Notes under the pieces: generated by a model | What the model saw: only the letters and a program-made list of their open reading frames with translations | Database searches by the model: none | Told to the model about the DNA's origin: nothing | Translations under genes and position numbers: made by a program | Part shown: one piece after another, positions 49,143 to 58,467 of the stretch | Numbering within the stretch: the first letter of the stretch is position 1 | How the letters are laid out: every line of letters starts with the position of its first letter | DNA from: a virus | Reading direction: 5' to 3' (one strand) | IMG/VR virus record: IMGVR_UViG_3300023174_000061 | Length of the DNA: 64,000 nucleotides

Positions 49143-49482
49143 ATTTTGTTTTGATCTTGATGGAACAATATGCCACATTAAGAAAGAGGGACAACACTAT
49201 CTTGACGTTGAACCTCTTCCTGGTGCAGTTGAGACACTGCAAAGATTGAAGTCTAAAGGTCACTACATTATTATTATGACAGCAAGAAACATGCTTACAT
49301 ATAATAATAATGTAGGTAAAATTATTGCCAATCAATCACCTATTGTGTTAGAATGGTTAAATAAACATCAAATTCCTTATGATGAAATTCATTTTGGAAA
49401 ACCACTTGCTGACTTTTATATTGATGATAAAGCAATTAGATTAACTAATTGGGAAAATTTTAACAAACAAATTGGAGAATAA
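49123..49482 (+). CDS. HAD phosphatase, BcbF/EcbF capsule type
   Basis: FDLDGTIC, TAR.M, WL.K..IPYDEI.FGKP..DFYIDDKA. Confidence 0.85.
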   Translation: MSTKIYKFCFDLDGTICHIKKEGQHYLDVEPLPGAVETLQRLKSKGHYIIIMTARNMLTYNNNVGKIIANQSPIVLEWLNKHQIPYDEIHFGKPLADFYIDDKAIRLTNWENFNKQIGE

Positions 49483-49483
49483 A

Positions 49484-50293
49484 ATGAGAGATTTCTTTTT
49501 TGATACAGCTAACATTCCATTTATTAAAGATACAATGGAAAAATATGGATCACAAATTGATCCAAAATGGGTGCGAGGCATAACAACAAATCCAAATGCA
49601 TTCAGTAAAGTTGATATGTATCATTTGGATGAATGGATTTCACATGCATCAGAAATGGGAAAATTGATTGCTGATATTCGTGGTGATAATGAAGGTGAGA
49701 TTCATATTCAAGCACCTTATTCATTATTAGATCCAAAGATTATTCTTGAATATGCAAAAATTATTACTGATGCAACACAAGGAAACTGTAAGGTTGGAAT
49801 GAAAATTCCTCCCTTCCAAAATGTTCTTGAGTATGTTGATGAATATAATCAGTATGTAATTACTAATGTTACTGGTCTTGCAGATTCATCTACTGCTCTT
49901 AAATGTTGCACCTATAATGTTGGATATGTGAGCATCATTCCTGGTCGTATGGAAGAAGTTGGAATCGATGCAGAGTCTGCGATTGCTTTTGTAAACCAAT
50001 GCAATTTTGGTAATACTCAAATTATTACTGGAAGTCAAAGAACAACTGAACAAATAATTTATTCATTCTACTTAGATACTGTCCCTACAATTGGTGAAAA
50101 GTGTTGGGGTGATATTTTTCAAGGTGATAATTTCCAACGTATTTTGGATATTGAATATGGTTATGAACCTGTTGGTCCTTTTAGTCCAACAATTTCTCAA
50201 GATAATATCAATCTTTCTCTTGCTTTCTTTGAACAAATGGATAGTCTTGGAGATACTGCTAGAAATGATTTGGAGAAAAAGATATCTTTATGA
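49484..50293 (+). CDS. Divergent transaldolase/fructose-6-phosphate aldolase family protein
   Basis: FFDTAN, GITTNP, KIP Schiff-base Lys, NVT, YVSIIPGR, GSQR. Confidence 0.8.
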   Translation: MRDFFFDTANIPFIKDTMEKYGSQIDPKWVRGITTNPNAFSKVDMYHLDEWISHASEMGKLIADIRGDNEGEIHIQAPYSLLDPKIILEYAKIITDATQGNCKVGMKIPPFQNVLEYVDEYNQYVITNVTGLADSSTALKCCTYNVGYVSIIPGRMEEVGIDAESAIAFVNQCNFGNTQIITGSQRTTEQIIYSFYLDTVPTIGEKCWGDIFQGDNFQRILDIEYGYEPVGPFSPTISQDNINLSLAFFEQMDSLGDTARNDLEKKISL

Positions 50294-51240
50294 GAATAGC
50301 ATTTCATGATAATTCTTTATGTTTGCGGGGAACCACAGTAGCAATTTATGATTGGGCATATTGGACTAGACATTATCTTAATATTGACCCAATCATTATG
50401 TTTAATTTAAAAAATAATTTTAATGATAAAAGTGTCATTAAAAAATTTGAAAACGAATTTCCTGTTTTTGGATATGAAGATAAATCCCAAATAGATGATA
50501 TTTTATCCAAAAATAAATGTGATGCATTTTTAATGGAAAAAGGAGGTGAACCTGATGGTGTAATTTCATCAGTTTCTAAAAATTTAGTAAATGCTATATC
50601 TGGATGGTGGAAACCAGAATGGGTTCATGGAGATGTTTATGCTATGGGTTCAAAATGGTTGTCTAAAATAACTGATTATAAAATACCTTATGTTCCATAT
50701 ATTGTACATCTTCCAGATCATAATTTAAATATGAGAGATGAGTTAGGAATTCCTAAAGATGCATTGGTTTTTGGAAGAAATGGTGGGTGGGATACTTTTG
50801 ATCTTCAATTTGTAAAGCAATCAATTGTAGAAAATTTAGAAAAAAGAAGTGATATTTGGTTTATTTTTCAATACACAGAACCTTTTTATGAACATGAAAG
50901 AATAATATATCTTGAACCAACTGCTGATTTGAATGAAAAAGTTAGATTTATTAATACTTCTGATGTGATGCTACATGCAAGAAATATTGGGGAATCTTTT
51001 GGATTATCTTGTGCAGAATTTTCAATTAGAAATAAACCTGTGATTACTTATTACAATTCTCTCGAAAGAAATCATATTGATACTTTAGATGAAAAAGGAA
51101 TATTTTATGAAAATAAAGAAGATATTGATCATATTTTATTGAACCTAGATAGAAATGAAATAACTGGATTGGAATGGAATTGTTATCAAGACTATTCTCC
51201 CGAAAATGTAGTACAAAAATTTAAAGAGGTTTATTTGTGA
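50290..51240 (+). CDS. GT-B glycosyltransferase (GT4-like)
   Basis: RGTTVAIYD, FGRNGG, GESFGLSCAEF...KPVI. Confidence 0.75.
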   Translation: MRIAFHDNSLCLRGTTVAIYDWAYWTRHYLNIDPIIMFNLKNNFNDKSVIKKFENEFPVFGYEDKSQIDDILSKNKCDAFLMEKGGEPDGVISSVSKNLVNAISGWWKPEWVHGDVYAMGSKWLSKITDYKIPYVPYIVHLPDHNLNMRDELGIPKDALVFGRNGGWDTFDLQFVKQSIVENLEKRSDIWFIFQYTEPFYEHERIIYLEPTADLNEKVRFINTSDVMLHARNIGESFGLSCAEFSIRNKPVITYYNSLERNHIDTLDEKGIFYENKEDIDHILLNLDRNEITGLEWNCYQDYSPENVVQKFKEVYL

Positions 51241-51872
51241 ATATACAAGATTACTTAAGAGAATTGAGCAAAAAATATAAACCCAATTCAATATTAGATA
51301 TTGGAGCACATCACGGAGAATTTTCTAAATTTTGTAAATCATTGTGGAAAGATGTCGATCTGTTTATGATAGAAGGAAATGATGAATGTGATTCTATTCT
51401 AGATAACGTTCCTTTTGATCACTGCATTGTTTTGTTAAGTGATACCAATAAAGAAGTTACTTTATATTTAAATCCCAACAATTTGGATTGTACTGGTACA
51501 TCTTATTATAAAGAAAGAACAAGACACTATAAAAATAGTATAGAGGTTAAGAAAAATACATATACTTTAGATGAAGTTGTAGAAGATATTGATAAGAAAT
51601 ATGATATAATTAAGATTGATACTCAAGGATCTGAATTGGATATCATAAAAGGTGGATTGAAAACAGTTCAGAATTGTTCTTATTTAATAATGGAAGTTCC
51701 TACTCTTCAATACAATGAAGGTAGTCCTTTATTTGATGAAATAATTGAATATATGAATAATATTGGATTTTCTGATCATGAAATTATTGAAGAACATAAG
51801 TGGATGGATAGAAATGAAAATACATTTGAATATGGTAGTACTTTTCAAGTAGATGTTGTCTTTAAAAAGTAA
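51237..51872 (+). CDS. FkbM family methyltransferase
   Basis: LDIGAHHG, TLD, IKIDTQGSEL. Confidence 0.88.
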   Translation: MNIQDYLRELSKKYKPNSILDIGAHHGEFSKFCKSLWKDVDLFMIEGNDECDSILDNVPFDHCIVLLSDTNKEVTLYLNPNNLDCTGTSYYKERTRHYKNSIEVKKNTYTLDEVVEDIDKKYDIIKIDTQGSELDIIKGGLKTVQNCSYLIMEVPTLQYNEGSPLFDEIIEYMNNIGFSDHEIIEEHKWMDRNENTFEYGSTFQVDVVFKK

Positions 51873-51877
51873 AAAAA

Positions 51878-52771
51878 ATGAAATCTTTAGTAACAGGCGG
51901 TGCTGGATTTATTGGTTCCAATCTAGTTGATGCACTCATAGAGTTAGGTCATGAAGTTATAGTAATTGATAATGAAAGTGCAGAATCTAATGGACAATTT
52001 TATTGGAATCCAAAAGCACAAAATTACAAGTATGATATTTGTGATTATGAAAAAACTAGACCTCTTTATGAAGGTGTTGATTATGTATTTCATCTTGCTG
52101 CTGAGGCAAGGATTCAACCAGCAATTTTAAATCCAATTGAAGCAATAACTACTAATTGTGTTGGTACAGTTACAGTTCTTCAATGTGCCAGAGAGGCAGG
52201 AGTTCAAAAAGTAATTTATTCCTCCACATCTTCTGGTTATGGATTTAATCAATCTCCAAATCACGAAAATCAACGAGATGATTGTTTGAATCCATATTCA
52301 GTATCAAAAGTTGCTGGAGAAAAACTTTGTAAAATGTATAATGACCTATTTGGTCTTAAAACAATTTTCTTTAGATATTTTAATGTTTATGGTGAAAGAC
52401 AACCATTAAAGGGACAATATGCACCAGTAATTGGTATTTTCTTACGTCAAAGAAAAGATGCCGAACCTCTTACAATTGTTGGTGATGGTGAACAACGTAG
52501 AGACTTCACACACGTATCTGATGTAGTTCAAGCAAATATTCTTGCAGCAACAAAAGATATTAATGATGAATTTTATGGAGAACTTTATAATGTAGGTAAT
52601 GGAGTTAATTATTCGATTAATGAAATTGCAAATGCTATTTCTGAAAATCAAATAAATATTCCAACAAGAATTGGAGAGTCACGAACTACTCTTGCAAACA
52701 ATGGAAAATTGAGAACCATTTTTGGATGGAGACCTCAAGTGAATTTAATGGATTGGATTAAAACTCAATGA
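51878..52771 (+). CDS. NAD-dependent nucleotide-sugar epimerase/dehydratase
   Basis: VTGGAGFIGS, HLAA, YSVSK, RYFNVYG, RDFTHV. Confidence 0.92.
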   Translation: MKSLVTGGAGFIGSNLVDALIELGHEVIVIDNESAESNGQFYWNPKAQNYKYDICDYEKTRPLYEGVDYVFHLAAEARIQPAILNPIEAITTNCVGTVTVLQCAREAGVQKVIYSSTSSGYGFNQSPNHENQRDDCLNPYSVSKVAGEKLCKMYNDLFGLKTIFFRYFNVYGERQPLKGQYAPVIGIFLRQRKDAEPLTIVGDGEQRRDFTHVSDVVQANILAATKDINDEFYGELYNVGNGVNYSINEIANAISENQINIPTRIGESRTTLANNGKLRTIFGWRPQVNLMDWIKTQ

Positions 52772-53472
52772 ATTTATTAATAGAATATTTTAGATCTGAT
52801 GATTATCAGAGACATAGTGAATATATTACTTGTATTCACGAGAATTTAGAAAATGAACATATTGAAAAAATATATGTTTTTGTTTCCGATGATTCTAAAT
52901 TAAATTTTAAATCAGATAAATTGGAAATTGTCCAAATAGATGAACGTCCTACATACAAAGATTTATTTGAGTTTTGTAATACAAATTTAAATAATCAAAT
53001 TTGTATTATTTCAAATGCAGATATTATTTTTGATGATACTATATCGAATCTAAAAGAAGTCAATCTTATAGAAGTCTTTGTTGCTCTAACTAGATGGGAA
53101 GTATTTTGTGAAAATGGTGAATGGTGTATCGCACCATTTAATAATTCATCATCTCAGGATGTATGGGCATTCCAAACCCCAATCAAAGTTACAGACGAAA
53201 TGAATTTCCATCTTGGAAAACCTAGATGTGATAATAAGATTGCAAAATTAATATCAGAACATTATGAAATTCGTAACCCAGGTCTTCAAATTATAACTTC
53301 TCATTTCCATATGTCTGGATATAGAACTTATTCTGGTAACGAAGGAATGCCTGGACCTTATCTTTGCTTAGTTCCAAATGATGATATTAATAAAAAAACA
53401 GAATATGTTGAGATTGACGGATTTGACGAACAAGGAAGGGCTTATCGAATAGAAAAATCAAATAATGGATAA
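52768..53472 (+). CDS. Putative GT-A-like protein
   Basis: RPTY, ISNADIIFD, SQDVW.F, G.PRCDN. Confidence 0.55.
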   Translation: MNLLIEYFRSDDYQRHSEYITCIHENLENEHIEKIYVFVSDDSKLNFKSDKLEIVQIDERPTYKDLFEFCNTNLNNQICIISNADIIFDDTISNLKEVNLIEVFVALTRWEVFCENGEWCIAPFNNSSSQDVWAFQTPIKVTDEMNFHLGKPRCDNKIAKLISEHYEIRNPGLQIITSHFHMSGYRTYSGNEGMPGPYLCLVPNDDINKKTEYVEIDGFDEQGRAYRIEKSNNG

Positions 53473-53485
53473 TAAACGGGGGTGC

Positions 53486-53532
53486 TTGACATCCCTTTAT
53501 AATTACTATATAATTGTGTAATGTTTCGTAAC
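53486..53532 (+). promoter_or_regulatory. Sigma70 promoter of hli with adjacent HLR1-like (RpaB) repeat
   Basis: TTGACA-17-TATAAT; minus strand GTTACGAA-AC-ATTACACA. Confidence 0.6.
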
Positions 53533-53543
53533 AAAACGGAAAA

Positions 53544-53753
53544 ATGACTGTAACAACCAATGAGCACGGGCAACAAAATATGTTTGCGCGTGAACCAAAG
53601 ATGTACATCTCTGATGAGGATGCCATCAAGTATGGCATGATGACCCACAATGAGAGAGCAGAACTTGCTAACGGACGCTGGGCTATGCTAGGATTTATTG
53701 CAGGCATCGTTTCTTACGTCGCCACTGGTAAACTATTCTTTGGTGTCTTCTGA
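53544..53753 (+). CDS. hli: High-light-inducible protein
   Basis: QQNMFAREP; AELANGRWAMLGF; TG...FG. Confidence 0.95.
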   Translation: MTVTTNEHGQQNMFAREPKMYISDEDAIKYGMMTHNERAELANGRWAMLGFIAGIVSYVATGKLFFGVF

Positions 53754-53839
53754 TGTCCGAAGTTATTTTTACAACAACGAGTGTTGCCTTCTTTGTATTA
53801 CTGGCACACTCAATTAATCAACTTTCAGAAACTTATTAA
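53753..53839 (+). CDS. 28-aa hydrophobic peptide
   Basis: TGATG coupling; MSEVIFTTTSVAFFVLLAHSINQLSETY. Confidence 0.55.
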   Translation: MSEVIFTTTSVAFFVLLAHSINQLSETY

Positions 53840-53850
53840 GGAGAACTAAA

Positions 53851-53970
53851 ATGAAATTTGGATTTACACCTGAAGGAGAGATTTTAAATGGTCGTCTCGC
53901 AATGCTTGGATTTGTAATCGCAGTTGGAACTTATCTCACCACTGGGCAACTAGTTCCAGGAGTGTTTTAA
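53851..53970 (+). CDS. hli: High-light-inducible protein (short, 39 aa)
   Basis: AGGAG RBS; MKFGFTPEGEILNGRLAMLGFVIAVGTYLTTGQLVPGVF. Confidence 0.92.
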   Translation: MKFGFTPEGEILNGRLAMLGFVIAVGTYLTTGQLVPGVF

Positions 53971-54136
53971 AATCCCAACACAAATAGGTATTCATACTTA
54001 TCCTTGCTCTAAATATAGGGCAAGGATTTTTTTATTTTAATGGTATACTATTTCTTTTTAGTGTATTTTATTTTAATGATAGTCATAATTATAACAAAGG
54101 CATCACAATCTAAATAAAGTAGTTGTTAAAGATAAA

Positions 54137-54838
54137 ATGAAAATAGATCTTCATAACTTTTTTCTACATTATGATGAAAAGAATCCAAAGCATGTTGCAG
54201 CAGTGGAGCAACTTGAAAAGGATTTGGAACAAAAGCAACCAGATTTGATTCAAGATGAATCTAACTGGGTAAGAATTTTCAGAGAGAAGGCACCAGTTCC
54301 TGCACAGACAGGAGTTTTGCCAGTCCCATATTACCCACAAACAGATAATTATAGAGATGCTAATCGTACTTGCAACAGCTCTTCTTGTGCTATGTGTCTT
54401 GAATATCTTAAACCAGGTACTCTAAAAGGAGCAAAGGGAGACGATGCCTACATTCAAAAGGTATTCGCAATTGGAGACTCAACAGATCACGCAGTTCAAA
54501 CCCGTGTTCTTGAGAGCTATGGTATTAAGTCATACTTTAGTTACAATCTTTCTTTTGCTGATCTTGATAAGAGTTTATCTGCTGGAAAGCCTGTTGTTAT
54601 TGGTATTCTGCACAGGGGTTCTCTTTCTGCACCTACTGGTGGGCATATGTTGTGTATAATAGGTAAAAGTCCTGATGGAAAATCGTATATTGTTAATGAC
54701 CCATATGGGGATTTGATGTCGGGTTATACTACACCCGTAAATAAAGGTAAAGGTGCCGTTTATCCTGTTGAAGTTCTAAAGCATAGATGGTTGGATAAGG
54801 GAAAGGATAAAACCGGATGGGGTAGAGTGTTTCGTTGA
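54137..54838 (+). CDS. Peptidase C39-like protein
   Basis: VPYYPQ.D...CNSSSCAM; GKPVV; GHM; NDPYG. Confidence 0.8.
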   Translation: MKIDLHNFFLHYDEKNPKHVAAVEQLEKDLEQKQPDLIQDESNWVRIFREKAPVPAQTGVLPVPYYPQTDNYRDANRTCNSSSCAMCLEYLKPGTLKGAKGDDAYIQKVFAIGDSTDHAVQTRVLESYGIKSYFSYNLSFADLDKSLSAGKPVVIGILHRGSLSAPTGGHMLCIIGKSPDGKSYIVNDPYGDLMSGYTTPVNKGKGAVYPVEVLKHRWLDKGKDKTGWGRVFR

Positions 54839-54849
54839 TAAATAAGAGT

Positions 54850-54906
54850 GTCTGTTTGGACGGCAATCTCTACAGATAAGATTAGGTGCTTTTAGGGCAC
54901 CTTTTC
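54850..54906 (+). ncRNA. Candidate antisense sRNA B
   Basis: GATAAATA promoter; GTCTGT/ACAGAT stem; AGGTGCT/GGCACCT-TTT terminator; 15 nt complementary to 54932-54946. Confidence 0.6.
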
Positions 54907-54954
54907 TATTATAAACTCTTATAAATAGTAATGCCGTCCAAGTAGAATAGAAAG

Positions 54955-55761
54955 ATGAAAGACCCTAAAAGGTTTTATACTTACGCATATTTGCGAGAAG
55001 ATAGAACTCCTTACTATATTGGTAAAGGAGAAGCAAGAAGAGCATACTCAAAGCATCATAGAGTTTCAGTCCCTCCTTTAGACCGAATATTATTCCTTAA
55101 GAAAAATCTTTTGGAGGAAGATGCTCTTAAGCACGAAGAATATATGATAAAAGTTTTTGGTAGAAAAGATAATGGGACTGGAATACTAGCAAATCTTACT
55201 GATGGTGGTGTTGCTACTAGTGGATATATTAGAACAGAGGAAGAAAAGGAATATTTGAGAAATCTCTGGAAAGGTGAAAAAAGTCCTCATTATGGGGTTC
55301 CAAAATCTCCGGAAGTTAGAATAAAAATGAGTGAAGCACAACTTGGTGAGAAAAATCATAGGTATGGTAAAAAACTGACGGAAGTGGAAAAGAGACAAAG
55401 AAGTGAAAAACTGAAGGGAAGACCTGCTCCTTGGAATAGTAGAAAACATACTAAAGAAGAAACCGAAAAAAGAATACAAAAAATGAAAGGAAGAAAATGG
55501 TGGAATAATGGAAAAAAAGAAAGTTTTTTATATGAACCACTTAATGAAACTTGGATTTTGGGTAGATTAAATAAAACTCTACCTCAAATGTGGGAACTTA
55601 TTTCTCCTGAAGGAGTTTTTTATATTACAAATAATCTTGCTTTATTTTGTAGGGAAAGGTTTGATAAATCATCATCAGTCCTTGCTAATGTTGCTTATGG
55701 AATAAACAAATCATATAAGGGTTATAAATGTCGCAAACTAACTAAATATGAGTATGCATAG
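54955..55761 (+). mobile_element. GIY-YIG-like homing endonuclease with NUMOD3-type repeats
   Basis: FYTYAYLREDRTPYYIGKG...E..MI..FGRKD..TGIL.NLTDGG; repeated GEK..YG. Confidence 0.82.
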
Positions 55762-55793
55762 GGACATAAATACTTAAAAAGTAATCAATACAG

Positions 55794-56174
55794 ATGAAAA
55801 CTTTTAGAGAGTTTATTTTGGAGTGTGAGTTGGTTGAAGGTAAAGTAGAGTGGGATAATCCCAAAAGACCACTTCAATCTGGATGGACCCCAAGAGAAAA
55901 GAATAGGGCAAGGAGAATAAGAACTGGTGTAGAAAATCCAGATAAACCTTCTTTCCAAACAGGTGGTCCAAGTGAAAAAGATTATGAAAGATATGGAAAA
56001 TTAAAGGCAGCACACGATACTGAAAAAGATAAAAATGTTTCTGGTAAAGAAAGACATAAGTTTAAGAAAAGTAGTTTTTCAGGAATGAGTAAAGGGCAAG
56101 AAAGAAGAACTCATAAACAAGATAAAGAAATAATATCACAAAGAAACCAACTTAAAGAACCAAAAGACAAATGA
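55794..56174 (+). CDS. Small basic protein with T4-like capsid-targeting sequence
   Basis: CATAAATA upstream; MKTFREFILE. Confidence 0.7.
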   Translation: MKTFREFILECELVEGKVEWDNPKRPLQSGWTPREKNRARRIRTGVENPDKPSFQTGGPSEKDYERYGKLKAAHDTEKDKNVSGKERHKFKKSSFSGMSKGQERRTHKQDKEIISQRNQLKEPKDK

Positions 56175-56632
56175 CTTTAAAGGCAGGAATAGATTTAATT
56201 AAAAAGTTTGAAGGATGCCACCTTAAAGCATATCCAGATCCTCTGTCGGGTGGACTTCCAATCACTATTGGTTGGGGATCTACTCGTAAAAAGAATGGGA
56301 CTCCATTTAAACTTGGTGATGTCATCACTCAAAAGGAAGCAGATGAATTGTTGATTGCTCAATGTGAGAGTCAGTTCTTACCATCACTTTCTAAAATCCC
56401 ACACTGGAATGAAATGAATGAGAATCAAAAAGGAGCACTTTTATCTTTTGCTTATAATCTTGGTGCTAATTTCTATGGGTCTTCCAATTTTAATACCATA
56501 ACCAAAGTTCTTAAAAATAAAGAATGGAGCAAAGTTCCTGATGCTCTTTATCTTTATCGCAATCCTGGTTCTAATGTTGAAGCAGGTCTTGCTCGCAGAA
56601 GAAAAGCAGAAGGAGATTTGTGGAAAAAGTAA
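56171..56632 (+). CDS. GH24 lysozyme (endolysin)
   Basis: IKKFEG..LKAYPD....TIGWG; ALLSFAYNLG; GLARRR..E. Confidence 0.92.
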   Translation: MTLKAGIDLIKKFEGCHLKAYPDPLSGGLPITIGWGSTRKKNGTPFKLGDVITQKEADELLIAQCESQFLPSLSKIPHWNEMNENQKGALLSFAYNLGANFYGSSNFNTITKVLKNKEWSKVPDALYLYRNPGSNVEAGLARRRKAEGDLWKK

Positions 56633-56743
56633 TTATTCTTTTGTCTCCAAATATGCCAATCTTAATATGTAATAGATGCACCAAGCAGTAAAAACTAAAC
56701 CTGCTCCAAGAATGGTGCATACTCCCCAAGGAAACTCATTCAT
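56633..56743 (-). CDS. 36-aa membrane peptide
   Basis: MNEFPWGVCTILGAGLVFTAWCIYYILRLAYLETKE; overlaps stop of upstream minus-strand ORF. Confidence 0.55.
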   Translation of the reverse strand: MNEFPWGVCTILGAGLVFTAWCIYYILRLAYLETKE

Positions 56744-56936
56744 CCCACCCCTCCTCTTGTTTGTGTATCCAAACTTTTAAACCTTTAACGTATTTTCTTA
56801 ATATCTGTGCCTGTTCTTCGTGCCATGGATCTCTTGTTTCCAATCCGATCCTTGTGTGATTATCTATTGCTTGTAGTATTTGGTGAATGGGTTTGTTCCA
56901 ACATTCACGCTTGGGAGTGTTCCACTCTCGTGGCAT
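56736..56936 (-). CDS. Small hypothetical protein
   Basis: MPREWNTPKRECWN.PIHQIL.AIDNH; minus-strand CATAAATA at 56953-56960. Confidence 0.65.
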   Translation of the reverse strand: MPREWNTPKRECWNKPIHQILQAIDNHTRIGLETRDPWHEEQAQILRKYVKGLKVWIHKQEEGWDE

Positions 56937-56968
56937 ATAAAAAGTTTAAAATTATTTATGAAAATACC

Positions 56969-57002
56969 TTGACAGGATTTCCTGACAGTGCTATAATAAA
57001 TA
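56969..57002 (+). promoter_or_regulatory. psbA sigma70 promoter with overlapping late promoter
   Basis: TTGACA-17-TATAAT directly followed by AAATA (AATAAATA). Confidence 0.75.
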
Positions 57003-57034
57003 GATGTTAAGGAATCAACACATTTCTTAATCTT

Positions 57035-57140
57035 CTGTAACCGAGATCATCAGAAGTAAAGCATCTCTCATACCTGTACTGGAGGGTGGTACTGGAATAT
57101 CTGTACTTGTTCAATTCCCCTTGGACTCATACTTACCCTT
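57035..57140 (+). ncRNA. PhotoRC-II-like psbA leader RNA
   Basis: ACCGAGA...TCTCTCATACC...GAGGGTGGTACTGGAA in psbA 5' UTR; motif recalled, not searched. Confidence 0.6.
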
Positions 57141-57149
57141 TTACGAAAA

Positions 57150-58441
57150 ATGACTGCTACTATTGCCTCACGCAATTCTACTAACCTCTGGAACGATTTC
57201 TGTTCCTGGGTTACTTCTACTAACAACCGTCTCTATGTGGGGTGGTTTGGTGTATTGATGATCCCAACGTTGCTTGCCGCAACGATTTGTTTCATCATCG
57301 CATTCGTTGGTGCTCCTCCTGTGGACATTGACGGCATTCGTGAACCTGTCTCTGGTTCATTAATGTACGGCAACAACATCATCTCTGGTGCCGTTGTGCC
57401 TTCTTCTAATGCTATTGGACTTCACTTCTATCCTATCTGGGAAGCTGCTTCCTTAGATGAATGGTTGTATAATGGTGGACCTTTTCAACTTGTTGTATTT
57501 CACTTCCTCATTGGCATCTACTGCTATATGGGACGTGAATGGGAACTCTCTTACCGTTTAGGTATGCGTCCTTGGATTATGGTTGCTTACTCAGCACCTG
57601 TTGCTGCTGCATCTGCTGTATTCCTGGTCTATCCTTTCGGTCAAGGTTCTTTCTCTGATGCTATGCCTCTTGGCATTTCTGGTACTTTTAACTATATGCT
57701 TGTCTTCCAGGCAGAACATAATATTCTGATGCACCCTTTTCATATGCTTGGAGTTGCTGGTGTCTTCGGTGGTTCATTGTTCTCTGCGATGCACGGTTCT
57801 CTTGTAACCTCATCGTTGGTTCGTGAAACTACTGAAACCGAAAGTCAGAACTATGGTTATAAGTTCGGACAAGAAGAAGAGACATACAACATCGTTGCTG
57901 CTCATGGTTATTTTGGTCGCCTTATTTTCCAATATGCGTCCTTTAATAACTCACGTTCACTGCACTTCTTTTTAGCAGCGTGGCCGGTAGTTGGTATCTG
58001 GTTTGCTGCTCTTGGTGTAAGTACCATGGCATTCAATTTGAACGGATTTAACTACAATGGTTCTATCATGGACAATCAAGAACGTGTAATTCCTACTTGG
58101 GCAGACATTCTTAACCGTGCTGGACTTGGATTTGAGGTCATGCACGAGCGTCAAGTTGTGCTTTGCGCTCTTTAAATCGGATGAATTGCTGGAAACCCCA
58201 AGTGGGCAATCAGCAGCCAAGTCTTAGATACATCTAAGAAAGGTTCAGAGACTACCTGAGGAATAGAGTTTCCTTAATAACAGGTTTAAGCGTCCGACAC
58301 CAGAGATGGTGATGATATAGTCCAATCCTGGTAGTAATACCAGACAGTTAAGGAAAGTTTAAGAATGCACACAACTTTCCTTTAGACCTTGCTACTGCTT
58401 CTATTACTGAAGTCGCATTACAAGCACCGTCAATCGGTTGA
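57150..58441 (+). CDS. psbA: Photosystem II D1 protein, spliced: 57150-58151 + 58364-58441 (359 aa)
   Basis: [27 protein letters not shown]; exon join restores EVMHER|[10 protein letters not shown]. Confidence 0.98.
58152..58363 (+). mobile_element. Group I intron (212 nt, no ORF) in psbA
   Basis: Exon ends in U and intron in G; GAGCGU/GCGCUC P1; AATTGCTGGAAA, AATCAGCAG, GTTCAGAGACTA, ATATAGTCC core elements. Confidence 0.95.
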
Positions 58442-58467
58442 TATAAAAACCAAATAATGGTATAATA

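Noticed and set aside
57328-57337. psbA TTGACGGCA as a target of sRNA B
   Set aside because: Short, gapped and same-sense; expected by chance.
58152-58175. psbA C-terminus QVVLCAL in the ORF track
   Set aside because: It is translated intron sequence; the real C-terminus is in exon 2.
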